Below are positions 21,469 to 35,967 of a DNA stretch of 64,000 nucleotides, piece after piece. Positions within the stretch are counted from its first letter, which is position 1. Each line of letters begins with the position of its first letter. Made by a program: the position numbers and the translations under genes. This stretch comes from Eledone cirrhosa (lineage: Eukaryota). The DNA is taken from positions 1,674,001-1,738,000 of the forward strand of contig OZ024757.1 in the NCBI GenBank assembly GCA_964016885.1, written 5' to 3'. Below the pieces are notes generated by a model. The model made no database searches, was not told where the DNA came from, and worked only from the letters and a program-made list of their open reading frames with translations.

Positions 21469-21557
21469 TTTAATAATTATTTCTGAAGACGGCATATGTA
21501 TGTGTTGGTATGTATATTATACTCAGAAAGTGAAAAAATTTGCTCCGAACGAACTAC

Positions 21558-21650
21558 CCGTGTCTGAAGGAACCTGCAGCCGTAGAATCAGACAGATCCA
21601 TACAGTGATCGTGTCTCGAGTTACCTGCCGGCGAAACAATTGTAACACGG
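21558..21650 (+). ncRNA. Hammerhead-like motif with insertion in the 5' core strand (family I)
   Basis: ccgtgt CTGAAG[gaacctgc]A gccg..agacagatc..gatc.tgtct..cggc GAAA caattg TA acacgg, then aataaa. Confidence 0.65.
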
Positions 21651-21707
21651 AATAAACTGAGTCCAGATGCAACACTGATTTTTCGTTTTTTTATACTATA
21701 TATATAC

Positions 21708-22719
21708 ATAAAACTATGGATTATATACAAGTTTCTACATAACCTGGAAATTATTTATCCCAAATTGTAGAAATCTTATAACGAAATGGCCGTCTGGAAG
21801 AAATGAGATATTTATTTAATAATGTCTCATATAAAATAATACAACCAATTATCCACGAAATACTGATTAGTTAGCACTCCAAACACTAAATTGGGATAAT
21901 ACTTAGGTATATCCTAATGTCTGCTGAGTGAGATGGAGTTGGTCGGAGTATCGCTTAAGGCTTTCTCTGTTTATGTATTGAATATATACTCTTGGGAGCC
22001 TGATGTGAATTCCAGATATAAGGTATGACTCTCTTTATTATTATTATTTTTTATATGAAATACTGATTGATCTTCCTTGTATCCCATGTCTGATTTAGCC
22101 TTAGAGAATAGCTATGTGTATATATGAGTGATTCATGCATATATTTATTGTTTTAATATCTGTGTGTGCATTGGTTGTGTATACATGTGGTTATTCTTTT
22201 AAATTTCCAATTGAGTTCTTATACACGTGGTTAATACCTAACAGGTTTAAATGACCAGCGTGTATATTGTTTTATTTTAAGATGACCTCCCTTTACCCTT
22301 TTGGGGACAGCGTGTATTTTTTCTTTGGGAGAACTGCTGGATTCTAATCTACCAGTCTCTTCTTAGCGCTGAGGGAGACCATCACCATTCTATTAATGTT
22401 GATATAATTCTTATATCGATATTATTTGGGCATCCACTGGTGAGTTTATAAGAGCCCGCTTGTGTATAAAACTATGGATTATATACAAGTTTCTACATAA
22501 TCTGGAAATTGTTTATCCCAAATTGTAGAAATCTTATAACGAAACGGCCGTTTGGAAGAAATGTGATATTTATTTAATAATGTCTCATATAAAATAATAC
22601 AACCAATTATCCACGAAATACTGATTAGTTAGCACTCCAAACTCTAAATTGGGAGAATACTTAGGTATATCCTAATGTCTGCTGAGTGAGATGGAGTTGT
22701 CGGAGTATCGCTTAAGGCT
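21708..22719 (+). mobile_element. Non-coding element with ~255 bp terminal direct repeats carrying an HHR (retrozyme-like or non-autonomous PLE, family J)
   Basis: 21708-21962 approximately equals 22466-22719; HHR at 22433-22556; no ORF of 60 aa or more inside. Confidence 0.75.
22433..22556 (+). ncRNA. Hammerhead motif with branched stem II and A6G core change (family J)
   Basis: tcca CTGGTGA gtttataaga [two hairpins] tcttataac GAAA cggccg TT tgga. Confidence 0.7.
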
Positions 22720-22731
22720 GTTTATTTATTG

Positions 22732-22791
<60 letters not shown>

Positions 22792-23251
22792 CACATATCT
22801 ATATACATATATATATATATATTCATATATACATATACATATATACACATATATATATACACATATATATATACATATATATATACATATATATATACAT
22901 ATATACATATATATATACATATATACATATATATATACATATATATATACATATATACATATATATATACATATATATATACATATATACATATATATAT
23001 ACATATATATACACATATATATACATATATATATACGTATATATATATATATACATATATATATACGTATATACATATATATACATATATATACGTATAT
23101 ATACATATATATATACGTATATACATATATATATACATATATATATACGTATATACATATATATATATACGTATATACATATATATATACATATATATAT
23201 ACATACGTATATACATATATATATACATATATATATACATATATATATACG

Positions 23252-23292
<41 letters not shown>

Positions 23293-23357
23293 GTATATAC
23301 ATATATATATACATATATATATACGTATATACATATATATATACGTATATACATATA

Positions 23358-24634
23358 TACTCTTTTACTCTTTTACCTGTTTCAGCCATCCGGCTGAGGC
23401 CGTGCTGGGGCACCGCCCCTGTTGCTACACATTCCATCTCCAGCCTGCATAGGTTGGCCACTGGTGTAGGAGGGAGTTTGTTGCTGCTGCCCTTAGGTTT
23501 CCCTCGTGTCTTGCTGTGGGCTCATCCGGGATCCTGGATAACAAGGTGTCGAGATGTTTCTTAAAGACATCCACCTCCACGTCATGCAAGTCTCGCAGAT
23601 GCCTCGGCAGCCTGTTGAAGAGTTGAGGGCCCTTGAATCCTAGGCTATTGCAATACCTGCTCCTTATTCTAGATGTGGAAGACGGGACCTTTGGCACCAC
23701 ACAGTGACGTCCTGTTCGACAGTTGGTCCAGCTCCCAATGCCAAAGTTTGGTGCTAGTCCCTCCAGGATTTTCCACATGTAGATCACTGCGTATCTCTCC
23801 CGTCTTCGCTCCAAGGAGTAGAGGTTCAGTTCCTTTAGCCTCTCCCAGTAGCTTGTCTCCCTCATCTTGGCAATCCTCTTGGTGTAGCTTCGCTGGATTG
23901 CCTCAAGCTCCGAGGTTAGTTTGACACTATGGGGTGACCACAGCTGGGAGCAGTAGTCCAGGCGGCTTAGGACAAAAGTCCTCCACAGTGTCAACATGGT
24001 GTCTCGATCTCTTGTAAGGAAAGTCCTCAAGATCCAGCCAGCGAATCGTCTACATGTTTTCGCCACCTTCATGATGTGTGAAGAAATAGATGCATCATCG
24101 CTCATGTCTATGCCCAGGTCTCGTATCGATTTTGACACGGGGATATCGGTCCCTCCTGGTCCTGTGTAGCTGTGTTCCGCTATATTTGTGTTTGTGTTTG
24201 CAGGTTTGTATTGTAGGGCTTGGAATTTGCCAGCATTAAACTGCATGTTGTTTTCTTCCCCCCATCTGTATATGGCATCCAGATCCTGCTGTAAGAGGGC
24301 AGCGTCAGCCGGGTTTTTGATTGCCTGTGCTACTTTAGTGTCATCAGCATAGCTAGTGAGGGATGTTGTTGCATGCACCACAGAGGGCATGTCCGAGAGA
24401 GCCACCAAAAACAGTTGTGGTCCCAGGACTGTCCCCTGGGGCACACCACTTGTTATCGGTGTTTCCCTCGAGAGGGCCCCATTTGCTGCGACTGCCTGGC
24501 TTCTGTCCCTTAGGAAGCCATGCAGCCACTCACCTACTTTTCCAGTTATGCCGAGTCCGTGTAGTTTGTGACATATCATTCCGTGGTCGACCTTATAAAA
24601 AGGCCTTCGCAAAGTCAAGATATATCACGTCTAC
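23358..24634 (-). mobile_element. CR1-group LINE, 5'-truncated (family 2)
   Basis: [45 protein letters not shown]; 3' tail ending gtaaaagagtaaaagagta. Confidence 0.93.
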
Positions 24635-24756
24635 ATATATATATATACGTATATACATATATATATACATATATATATACATATATATATACGTATATAC
24701 ATATATATATATATACATATATATATACGTATATACATATATATATACGTATATAC

Positions 24757-24789
<33 letters not shown>

Positions 24790-25379
24790 GGTATATACAT
24801 ATATATATACATATATATATACGTATATACATATATATATACATATATATATACGTATATACATATATATATACATATATATATACGTATATACATATAT
24901 ATATACATATATATATACGTATATACATAATATATACATATATATGTACGTATATACATATATATATACATATATGTATATATATGTATATACATATATA
25001 TACATATATATATATACGTATATACATATATATATATACGTATATACATATATATATATATACGTATATACATATATATATACGTATATACATATATATA
25101 TACATATATATATATACGTATATACATATATATATATACATATATATATATACGTATATACATATATATATACGTATATACATATATTTATATACGTATA
25201 TACATATATATATATACGTATATACATATATATATACGTATATACATATATATATACATATATATATACATATATATATACATATATATACATATATATA
25301 TAAATATATATATATATATACATAAATATATATACATATATATATAAATATATATATATATACATAAATATATATATAC

Positions 25380-25416
<37 letters not shown>

Positions 25417-25428
25417 TATATACATAAA

Positions 25429-25460
<32 letters not shown>

Positions 25461-25461
25461 C

Positions 25462-25506
<45 letters not shown>

Positions 25507-25515
25507 CATATATAA

Positions 25516-25550
<35 letters not shown>

Positions 25551-25872
25551 CATATATATATAAATATGTATATACATATATATATACATATACATATATA
25601 TATACATATACATATATATATAAATATATATATATAAATATATATATACATATACATATATATATACATATACATATATATATAAATATTATATATATAT
25701 ACATATATATATACATGTACATATATATAAATATATATATATATACATATATATATACATATACATATATATACAAATATATATATATATACATATATAT
25801 ATACATATACATATATATACATATATATATATATACATATACATATATATATACATATACATATATATATAC

Positions 25873-25905
<33 letters not shown>

Positions 25906-26211
25906 CATATATTATATACATATATATATAAATATATATATATATATACATATATATATACAGGTACATATATATATACATATATATATACATATACATA
26001 TATATATACATATACATATATATATACATATATATATATACATATACATATATATATACATTATATATATATACATATACATATATATACACATATATAT
26101 ATACATATACATATATATACATATATATTATACATATACATATATATACATATATATATATACATATATATATACATATATATATATATATACATATATA
26201 TATACGTATAC

Positions 26212-26260
<49 letters not shown>

Positions 26261-28232
26261 TACATATATACATACATATATACATATATATATACATATA
26301 TATATATACATATATATATACATATACATATAAATATATATACATATATATATACATATATATATACGTATATACATATAAATATATTGTTATACTTTGG
26401 GAGGGTCATGTTGCCAATAATATATATATACACGTATATACATATATATATACATATATATACATATATATATATACATATATATACATATATATATATA
26501 CATATATATACATATATATATACGTATACATATATATATACATATATATACATATATATATACATATACATATATATATACATATATATACATATACATA
26601 TATATATACATATATATACATATACATATATATATACATATATATACATATACATATATATATACATATATATACATATACATATATATATACATATACA
26701 TATATATATACATATACATATATATATACATATACATATACATATACATATATATATACATATACATATACATATACATATATATATACATATATATATA
26801 CATATACATATATATACATTATATATACATATACATATATATATACATTATATATATACATATATATATACATATATATATACATATACATATATATATA
26901 CATATATATATATATACATATATATACATATATATACACACATATACATATATATATATACATATATACATATATATATATACACATATATATATATATA
27001 TATACACATATATATATATATACATACATATATACATATATATACACATATATATATATAGATATATATATATATATATATACATATATACATACATATA
27101 TATATATATACATATATACATACATATATACATATATATACACACATATATACACACATATATACATATATATACATATATATATATATATATACATATA
27201 TACATACATATATATACATATATACATACATATATATATACATATATACATACACATATATACATATATATATACATACACATATATACATATATATATA
27301 CATATACATATATACATACATATATATACACATATATATATATACATATATACATACATATATATACACACATATATATATATATACACATATATATACA
27401 CACATATATATATATATATACACATATATATACACACATATATATATATATACATATATACATACACACATATATATATACATATATACATACATATATA
27501 TTCACATATATACATATATATTCACATATATACATATATATACACATATATACATATATATTCACATATATATATATATACATATATATACATATATACA
27601 TATATACATATATATACATATATTACACATATACATATATATATACACATATATACATATATACATATATATACACATATATATATATACATATATATAT
27701 ACATATATATACATATATATACACATATATACACATATATACACATATATATATATATACATATATATACACATATATATATATATATACATATATACAT
27801 ATATATACATATATACATATATACATATATATACATATATACATATATATACATATATACATATATATACATATATACATATATATACATATATACATAT
27901 ATATACATATATACATATATATACATATATATTCACATATATACATATATATTCACATATATACATATATATTCACATATATACATATATATTCACATAT
28001 ATACATATATATACACACATATATATATATATACACATATATATATATACACATATATATACATACACATATATACATATATATATATACACATATATAT
28101 ATACATACACATATATATGTACATATATATATATATACATACATATATATATATACATACATATATATATATACATACATATATATATATATATATACAT
28201 ACATACATATATACATACATATATATATATAC

Positions 28233-28263
<31 letters not shown>

Positions 28264-28363
28264 CATATATATACATATATATATACATATATATATATAT
28301 ACATATATATATATACATATATATATATATACATATATATATATACATATATATATATATACA

Positions 28364-28397
<34 letters not shown>

Positions 28398-28760
28398 TAC
28401 ATACATACATATATACATAGATATATATATATACATACATACATATATACATAGATATATATATATACATACATACATATATACATACATATATATATAT
28501 ACATACATACATATATACATACATATATATATATACATACATACATAATACATACATATATATATATATACATACATACATATATATATACATACATATA
28601 TATATATACATACATATATACATACATATATATATATACATACATATATACATACATATATATATATATACATACATATATACATACTTATATACATATA
28701 TACATACATATATACATACTTATATACATATATACATACATATATATATACATATATATA

Positions 28761-28810
<50 letters not shown>

Positions 28811-28889
28811 CATACATACATATACATATATATATATATACATACATACATATACACATATATATATACATATATATATACATACATAT

Positions 28890-28922
<33 letters not shown>

Positions 28923-29020
28923 CATACATATATATATACATACATATATACATATATATACATACATATATACATATATATACATACATATATACATACA
29001 TATATATATATATATACATA
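24635..29020. repeat. 4.4-kb compound (TA)n tract with locally distinct interruptions (TACG, TAAA, TACA, TTCAC)
   Basis: Direct observation. Confidence 0.97.
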
Positions 29021-29960
29021 TAACTTTGAAATGTTTTGGCCAGTATTGGCCCAGGCCATGTCTAACTTAATAGCACCACCTGGCGAAGTCTTTCAATTCA
29101 GGATTTGGGCACCATGGCCCATTCGAGAAGAGAATTACTGTTTGCGGAGATATCCGGGTGTGGGTGGTTTGTCCGGGATTACTTGGAGGAATTTGTCCAA
29201 AGACTTCTTGAATTTTGTGTGGTCAGTTTCTGTTTTGACGTGTCCTGGTGTGATGTTGAAGAGAGCAGGGCCGATTGAGGTGAAATAATTGTGCCGTATT
29301 GTTGTTATGAGTTGCGATTTAGATTTTTGAATGGGACGGATAGCACGGGGCCCAAACCTTGGGTGTATCTTGAAGGCGATGCCAACATCATTTGGGCAGT
29401 GATGATGGAACATTTTCCACATCATGCAGATAATATAACGCTCACGGCGACGTTGGAGTGAGTAAAGTTTCAGGTTTTCCAATCGACCCCAGTAGTCAAG
29501 GTCTGACATGCCATCTATCTTTTTCGTGATTGCCCTTTGAGGAGCTTCAAGTTTCATGATACTTTGTTTCGTGTGGGGAGACCACAGTGGACAACAGTAT
29601 TCAAGGTGTGGTCGGGCGAAAGTAGAGAAGAGAAGGATAATGGTGCGGGAATCTCTCGACTGGAAGGTTCTGAGGATCCAGGAACACATTCTGCGGGCCA
29701 TGTCAACTTTGCTGCTTATATGCGTGGTCCAGCTTATGTTGCTGTCCACGGTTACTCCCAAGTCTCTGATGTTGTTAGATGCCACGAGAGTTTCCCCGGA
29801 GGGAAGGGAGTACGGGAGTTTCAGAGCATCCTCTTTTCCAAAGTGGATCAGTTCGAATTTGTCTTCGTTCAGTAACATGTTGTTCTTTTCTGCCCATTGG
29901 GTAACAGCCAGTAGGTCTGACTGAAGGCTTATCCGGTCATCCACGCCATTGATGACCTTT
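29021..29960 (-). mobile_element. CR1-group LINE family 1, second copy
   Basis: Near-identical reverse complement of about 8660-9600. Confidence 0.93.
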
Positions 29961-30008
29961 ATATATATATATATATATATACATACATATATATATATAC
30001 ATACATAT

Positions 30009-30051
<43 letters not shown>

Positions 30052-30086
30052 CATACATACATATATATATATATATACATACATAT

Positions 30087-30119
<33 letters not shown>

Positions 30120-30294
30120 CATACATATATACATACATATATATATATATATATATACATACATATATACATACATATATATATATATATACATACATAT
30201 ATATATATATATATACATACATATATACATACATATATATATATATATATACATATAAACATACATATATATATATATACATATATATATATAC

Positions 30295-30326
<32 letters not shown>

Positions 30327-30345
30327 GTATATATATATGTATATG

Positions 30346-30376
<31 letters not shown>

Positions 30377-30377
30377 G

Positions 30378-30409
<32 letters not shown>

Positions 30410-30464
30410 TATGTATGTTTATATGTATGTATATATATATATGTCTATATGTATATATATATAT

Positions 30465-30875
30465 GTCAGGTCACCAGTTGGTGCTACTGGTAACATGTAT
30501 CCCAGTACAACCTGTCTCATGGTCGGGTCGTTGGCGACTAAACTGGCAACCCCACCAAGGTTTCTTGGTGAGGAGGGTGACTTTGGACATCCTGCAGGAC
30601 TAAAAACAAAACCTGTCAAAGGGCAAGGGAGCTCTTAAGACTCAATAGCCATCCAAAATCACCGGGAGAGATGACCCCTTAGCCTTTGTCAAGGCAGAAT
30701 TCTAGGAGAAGGAAAACTCTGATATAACACCTGCAACCCTGATGGTATCCAATGATGTTGACTTGTTCTTCTTTTTGGTAAATATCATCTTGGTTAAGAG
30801 AGTGGGACTGGCTTTGTGCAGTGCCTTTGCTCACTATAAAAGCTTCACAGCACAGGCATTGCTTTATATCTGGAG
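30465..30875 (+). mobile_element. Probable RTE-type LINE 5' UTR fragment
   Basis: Contains ctaggagaaggaaaactctga, a motif I associate with RTE 5' UTRs; diverged homologue at 40514-40720 (-) lies upstream of the RTE ORF. Confidence 0.5.
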
Positions 30876-30973
30876 ATTATATATGTATGATATATATATA
30901 TATATAATATATATATGTATGTATATATATATATATATATATGTATGTATATATATATATATATATATGTATG

Positions 30974-31008
<35 letters not shown>

Positions 31009-31155
31009 TATATATATATAATACATACATATTATATATATATATACATACATATATATATATATATACAAACATATATATATATATATATGTATGTATA
31101 TATATATATATATATATGTATGTATATATATATATATATATATATACATACATAT

Positions 31156-31223
<68 letters not shown>

Positions 31224-31469
31224 CATACATACATATATTATATATATACACATACATACTTATATATATATATACATGCATACATATATACATACATACA
31301 TATATATATATATATACATGCATACATATATACATACATATATACATACATACATATACACATACATATACATACATACATATATACATACATACATATA
31401 TACATACATATATAAAAATACATACATATATATATATACATACATATATATATACATACAATAACAATA

Positions 31470-31502
<33 letters not shown>

Positions 31503-31525
31503 CATATATACATACATATATATAT

Positions 31526-31558
<33 letters not shown>

Positions 31559-31953
31559 TACATATACATACATACATATATATATACATACATACATATA
31601 TACATACATACATACATACATATATACATACATATATATATATATACATACATATATATATATATACATACATATATACATATAATATACATACATATAT
31701 ACATATATATATACGTATATATATATATATACATATATATACATATATATATACATACATATATACATATATATATACGTATATATATATATATACATAT
31801 ATATACATATATATATACGTATATATATATATATATATACATATATATATACATATATACGTATATATATATATACATATATATATACATATATACGTAT
31901 ATATATATATACATATATATATACATATATACGTATATATATATACGTATATA

Positions 31954-31985
<32 letters not shown>

Positions 31986-31990
31986 CATAT

Positions 31991-32165
31991 ATAGTTTTAA
32001 TATAGAAGAGATTCTACAGGACTAGAACTGTTTCATTCATTCATTCATGAATGAATGAAACAGTTCTAGTCCTGTAGAATCTCTTCTATATTAAAACTAT
32101 TATACTCTGCTATGTATTGAGTACCTTACTTACTGTGGTTACCTCCGATTCAACCCGGAATAACG
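31991..32165. mobile_element. Fold-back 3' half of HHR terminus (family M)
   Basis: Palindrome 31991-32100 centred in (ttca)n/(tgaa)n; right arm matches 42547-42655. Confidence 0.85.
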
Positions 32166-32514
32166 TATATACATATATACGTATATATATATATACATAT
32201 ATATATATATACATATATACGTATATATATATATACATATATATATATACATATATACGTATATATATATACATATATATATATACATATATACGTATAT
32301 ATATATACATATATATATACATATATACGTATATATATATATACATATATATATACATATATACGTATATATATATATACATATATATATATATACATAT
32401 ATATAAATACACATAAATACATATATATACATATATATATATACATACATATACATATAAATACATATATATATACATATAAATACATATATATAAATAC
32501 ATATATACACATAC

Positions 32515-32547
<33 letters not shown>

Positions 32548-32645
32548 CATACATATATATATACATACATATATATATACATATATATATATATACATAC
32601 ATATACATATATATATATACATACATATATACATATATACGTACG

Positions 32646-32677
<32 letters not shown>

Positions 32678-32686
32678 CGTATATAC

Positions 32687-32721
<35 letters not shown>

Positions 32722-32742
32722 CGTATATACATATATATATAC

Positions 32743-32777
<35 letters not shown>

Positions 32778-32778
32778 T

Positions 32779-33963
32779 GCATAACTGGAAAAGTAGGTGA
32801 GTGGCTGCATGGCTTCCTAAGGGACAGAAGCCAGGCAGTCGCAGCAAATGGGCCCCTCTCGAGGGAAACACCGATAACAAGTGGGGTGCCCCAGGGGACA
32901 GTCCTGGGACCACTACTGTTTTTGGTGGCTCTCTCGGACATGCCCTCTGTGGTGCATGCAACAACATCCCTCACTAGCTATGCTGATGACACTAAGGTAG
33001 CACAGGCAATCAAAAACCCGGCTGACGCTGCCCTCTTACAGCAGGATCTGGATGCCATATACAGATGGGCGGAAGAAAACAACATGCAGTTTAATGCTGG
33101 CAAATTCCAAGCCCTACAATACAAACCTGCAAACACAAACACAAATATAGCGGAACACAGCTACACAGGACCAGGCGGGACCGATATCCCCGTGTCAAAA
33201 TCGATACGAGACCTGGGCATAGACATGAGCGATGATGCATCTTTTTCTTCACACATCATGAAGGTGGCAAGAACATGTAGACGATTCGCTGGCTGGATCT
33301 TGAGGACTTTCCTTACAAGAGATCGAGACACCATGTTGACACTGTGGAGGACTTTTGTCCTAAGCCGCCTGGACTACTGCTCCCAGCTGTGGTCACCCCA
33401 TAGTGTCAAACTAACCACGGAGCTTGAGGCAATCCAGCGAAGCTACACCAAGAGGATTGCCAAGATGAGGGAGACAAGCTACTAGGAGAGGCTAAAGGAA
33501 CTGAACCTCTACTCCTTGGAGCGAAGACGGGAGAGATACGCAGTGATCTACATGTGGAAAATCCTGGAGGGACTAGCACCAAACTTTGGCATTGGGAGCT
33601 GGACCAACCGTCGAACAGGACGTCACTGTGTGGTGCCAAAGGTCCCGTCTTCCACATCTAGAATAAGGAGCAGGTATTGCAATAGCCTAGGATTCAAGGG
33701 CCCTCAACTCTTCAACAGGCTGCCGAGGCATCTGCGAGACTTGCATGACGTGGAGGTGTATGTCTTTAAGAAACATCTCGACACCTTGTTATCCAGGATC
33801 CCGGATGAGCCCACAGCAAGACACGAGGGAAACCTAAGGGCAGCAGCAACAAACTCCCTCCTACACCAGTGGCCAACCTATACAGGCTGGAGATAAAATG
33901 TGTAGCAACAAGGGCGGTGCCCCAGCATGGCCTCAGCCGGATGGCTGAAACAGGTAAAAGAGT
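32779..33963 (+). mobile_element. CR1-group LINE family 2, second copy
   Basis: Near-identical reverse complement of 23365-24550; nonsense codon at 33483. Confidence 0.93.
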
Positions 33964-33999
33964 ATATACATATATATATATATATACATACATATATAC

Positions 34000-34158
<159 letters not shown>

Positions 34159-34170
34159 ATATATATATAC

Positions 34171-34311
<141 letters not shown>

Positions 34312-34472
34312 TATATATATATACGTATATACATATATTTACATCTATATATACATATATATATACTACATATATATATACATATACATATATATATATA
34401 TACATATGTCCCAAGGCTCTGATACCATCAACACTATAAACACAGAGCTGGGGCATATCTAAGAACTGACTA

Positions 34473-34528
34473 ACTGCCTGATGAGGTCATAGCCATTCAA
34501 TGGCTATCATCGAAATATATATAGCAGT
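34473..34528 (+). ncRNA. Type I hammerhead ribozyme (family K)
   Basis: actgc CTGATGA ggt-c-atagccat tca atggctat-c-atc GAAA tatata TA gcagt, then aataaa; lies in a 170-bp island (34407-34575) between (TA)n tracts. Confidence 0.88.
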
Positions 34529-34575
34529 AAATAAAGGATTATGAGTTCATCTAATTGACTTATGTTTCGTCACTA

Positions 34576-34589
<14 letters not shown>

Positions 34590-34606
<17 letters not shown>

Positions 34607-35410
34607 TTTCTGAATTTGTTTAGCAAGATTCTTTATCTGAAAACGTGTGTTGAAACCGATATTGTTATACTTTGGGAGGGTCATGTTGCCAATAAGAAAC
34701 ACACGCCCCAGTTGCTTTCACTCCAATTTATTATAAATTAAATTCATAAATTTAAGAATTTATAAATTTCCGGTTGGTTGGTTGGTTCCAAAACCGGACG
34801 GTTGTTCATATATTGTCAAAGTTCTTTCGTCACACATTCTTTGAACTCTTCAGTGACTGGGGATTCTTTTCTTTGTTTTGTGCCTCTCTTTTGTTCTGTC
34901 GTGCGCCATCTTGTTTTTGTGTGCGTTGTGTGCTTAGTTTGCGCATGTGTTACATCCGGGTGTCTGTGTGTGTTTTTATTTGTTTATTTATTTGTTTATT
35001 TACATGTTACTGGTTCGTTGTTTGTTCTATGTGTGTGTGTGTTTTCATTTTGTCCTTAATTGTAAGTTGTGATGTTGCTATTCCATTCATGTTTTCTATT
35101 TAATTTTGGTTGGAGTTCATTTATGTTTATTGCCTCTGTGATTTGTCTAAACATTGCGTCTTTTCTGTGTGTAGATTCTATTTTTATTTCTATGTTCTCT
35201 AATTTGCCCTTGTGTTCTATTTTAGCATGTTGGTGGAGTACAGATGATTCTTTTTTATCTTGAAGCTCTCGCCAGTGTTCATTTATCCGTTCTCCTATAC
35301 TACGAGCTGTCTCACCTATGTACACTATATTCTTATCTTTACATTACATTTCTAGTTTTACAGTTAATATGGGGGCTTAGTTTACAGATTATGCATTTCT
35401 TATCTATACA
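34590..35410 (-). mobile_element. Penelope-like element 3' end (family F, copy 2) with HHR at 34815-34857
   Basis: YIGETARSIGERINEH...LNRKHEW; gtca CTGAAGA ... GAAA gaac TT tgac. Confidence 0.9.
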
Positions 35411-35482
35411 GGGAGGTATTTGAAAAGGGTATGTATTACTAGTAATACATACCCTTTTCAAAGACCTCCCTGTGGAATTTTA

Positions 35483-35556
<74 letters not shown>

Positions 35557-35565
35557 CATATATAA

Positions 35566-35750
35566 TGTAGGAGGTGAGTTTTATTGTAGCACAATAAAGC
35601 AATGCAAATATCGGATAAGTAGCACTCTACAGTTTGTAGGACTGGAGTATAAATAATATAAGATCAAAAGATGGTTAAAAGAGTTCCAAGTATTTAAATG
35701 CGCATAATAAAAACTTGGAACTCTTTTAACCATCTTTTGATCTTATATTA
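35566..35750. mobile_element. Fold-back terminus of family H
   Basis: 35566-35695 is the reverse complement of about 18046-18175; 35696-35750 is a direct copy of about 18031-18088, starting at the HHR (G)AAA-stem III. Confidence 0.8.
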
Positions 35751-35802
35751 TATACATATATATATATATATGTAGATATGTATATATATATATACATATA
35801 TA

Positions 35803-35926
35803 TGATGGCTGTCCCCTCGTTATCGAGTATGGCCATTGCATGAGAAAAAAAACCCATAATAATAATAATAATAACAATAACAACAACAATAATAATAACG
35901 ACAACAACAACAATAATAATATACAC

Positions 35927-35967
<41 letters not shown>

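Noticed and set aside
30468-30550. Possible HDV-like ribozyme at the start of the RTE-type 5' UTR
   Set aside because: P2 and a P4-CUAA-like segment can be drawn, but I could not build convincing P1, P3 and P1.1 by eye; needs a covariance-model search.
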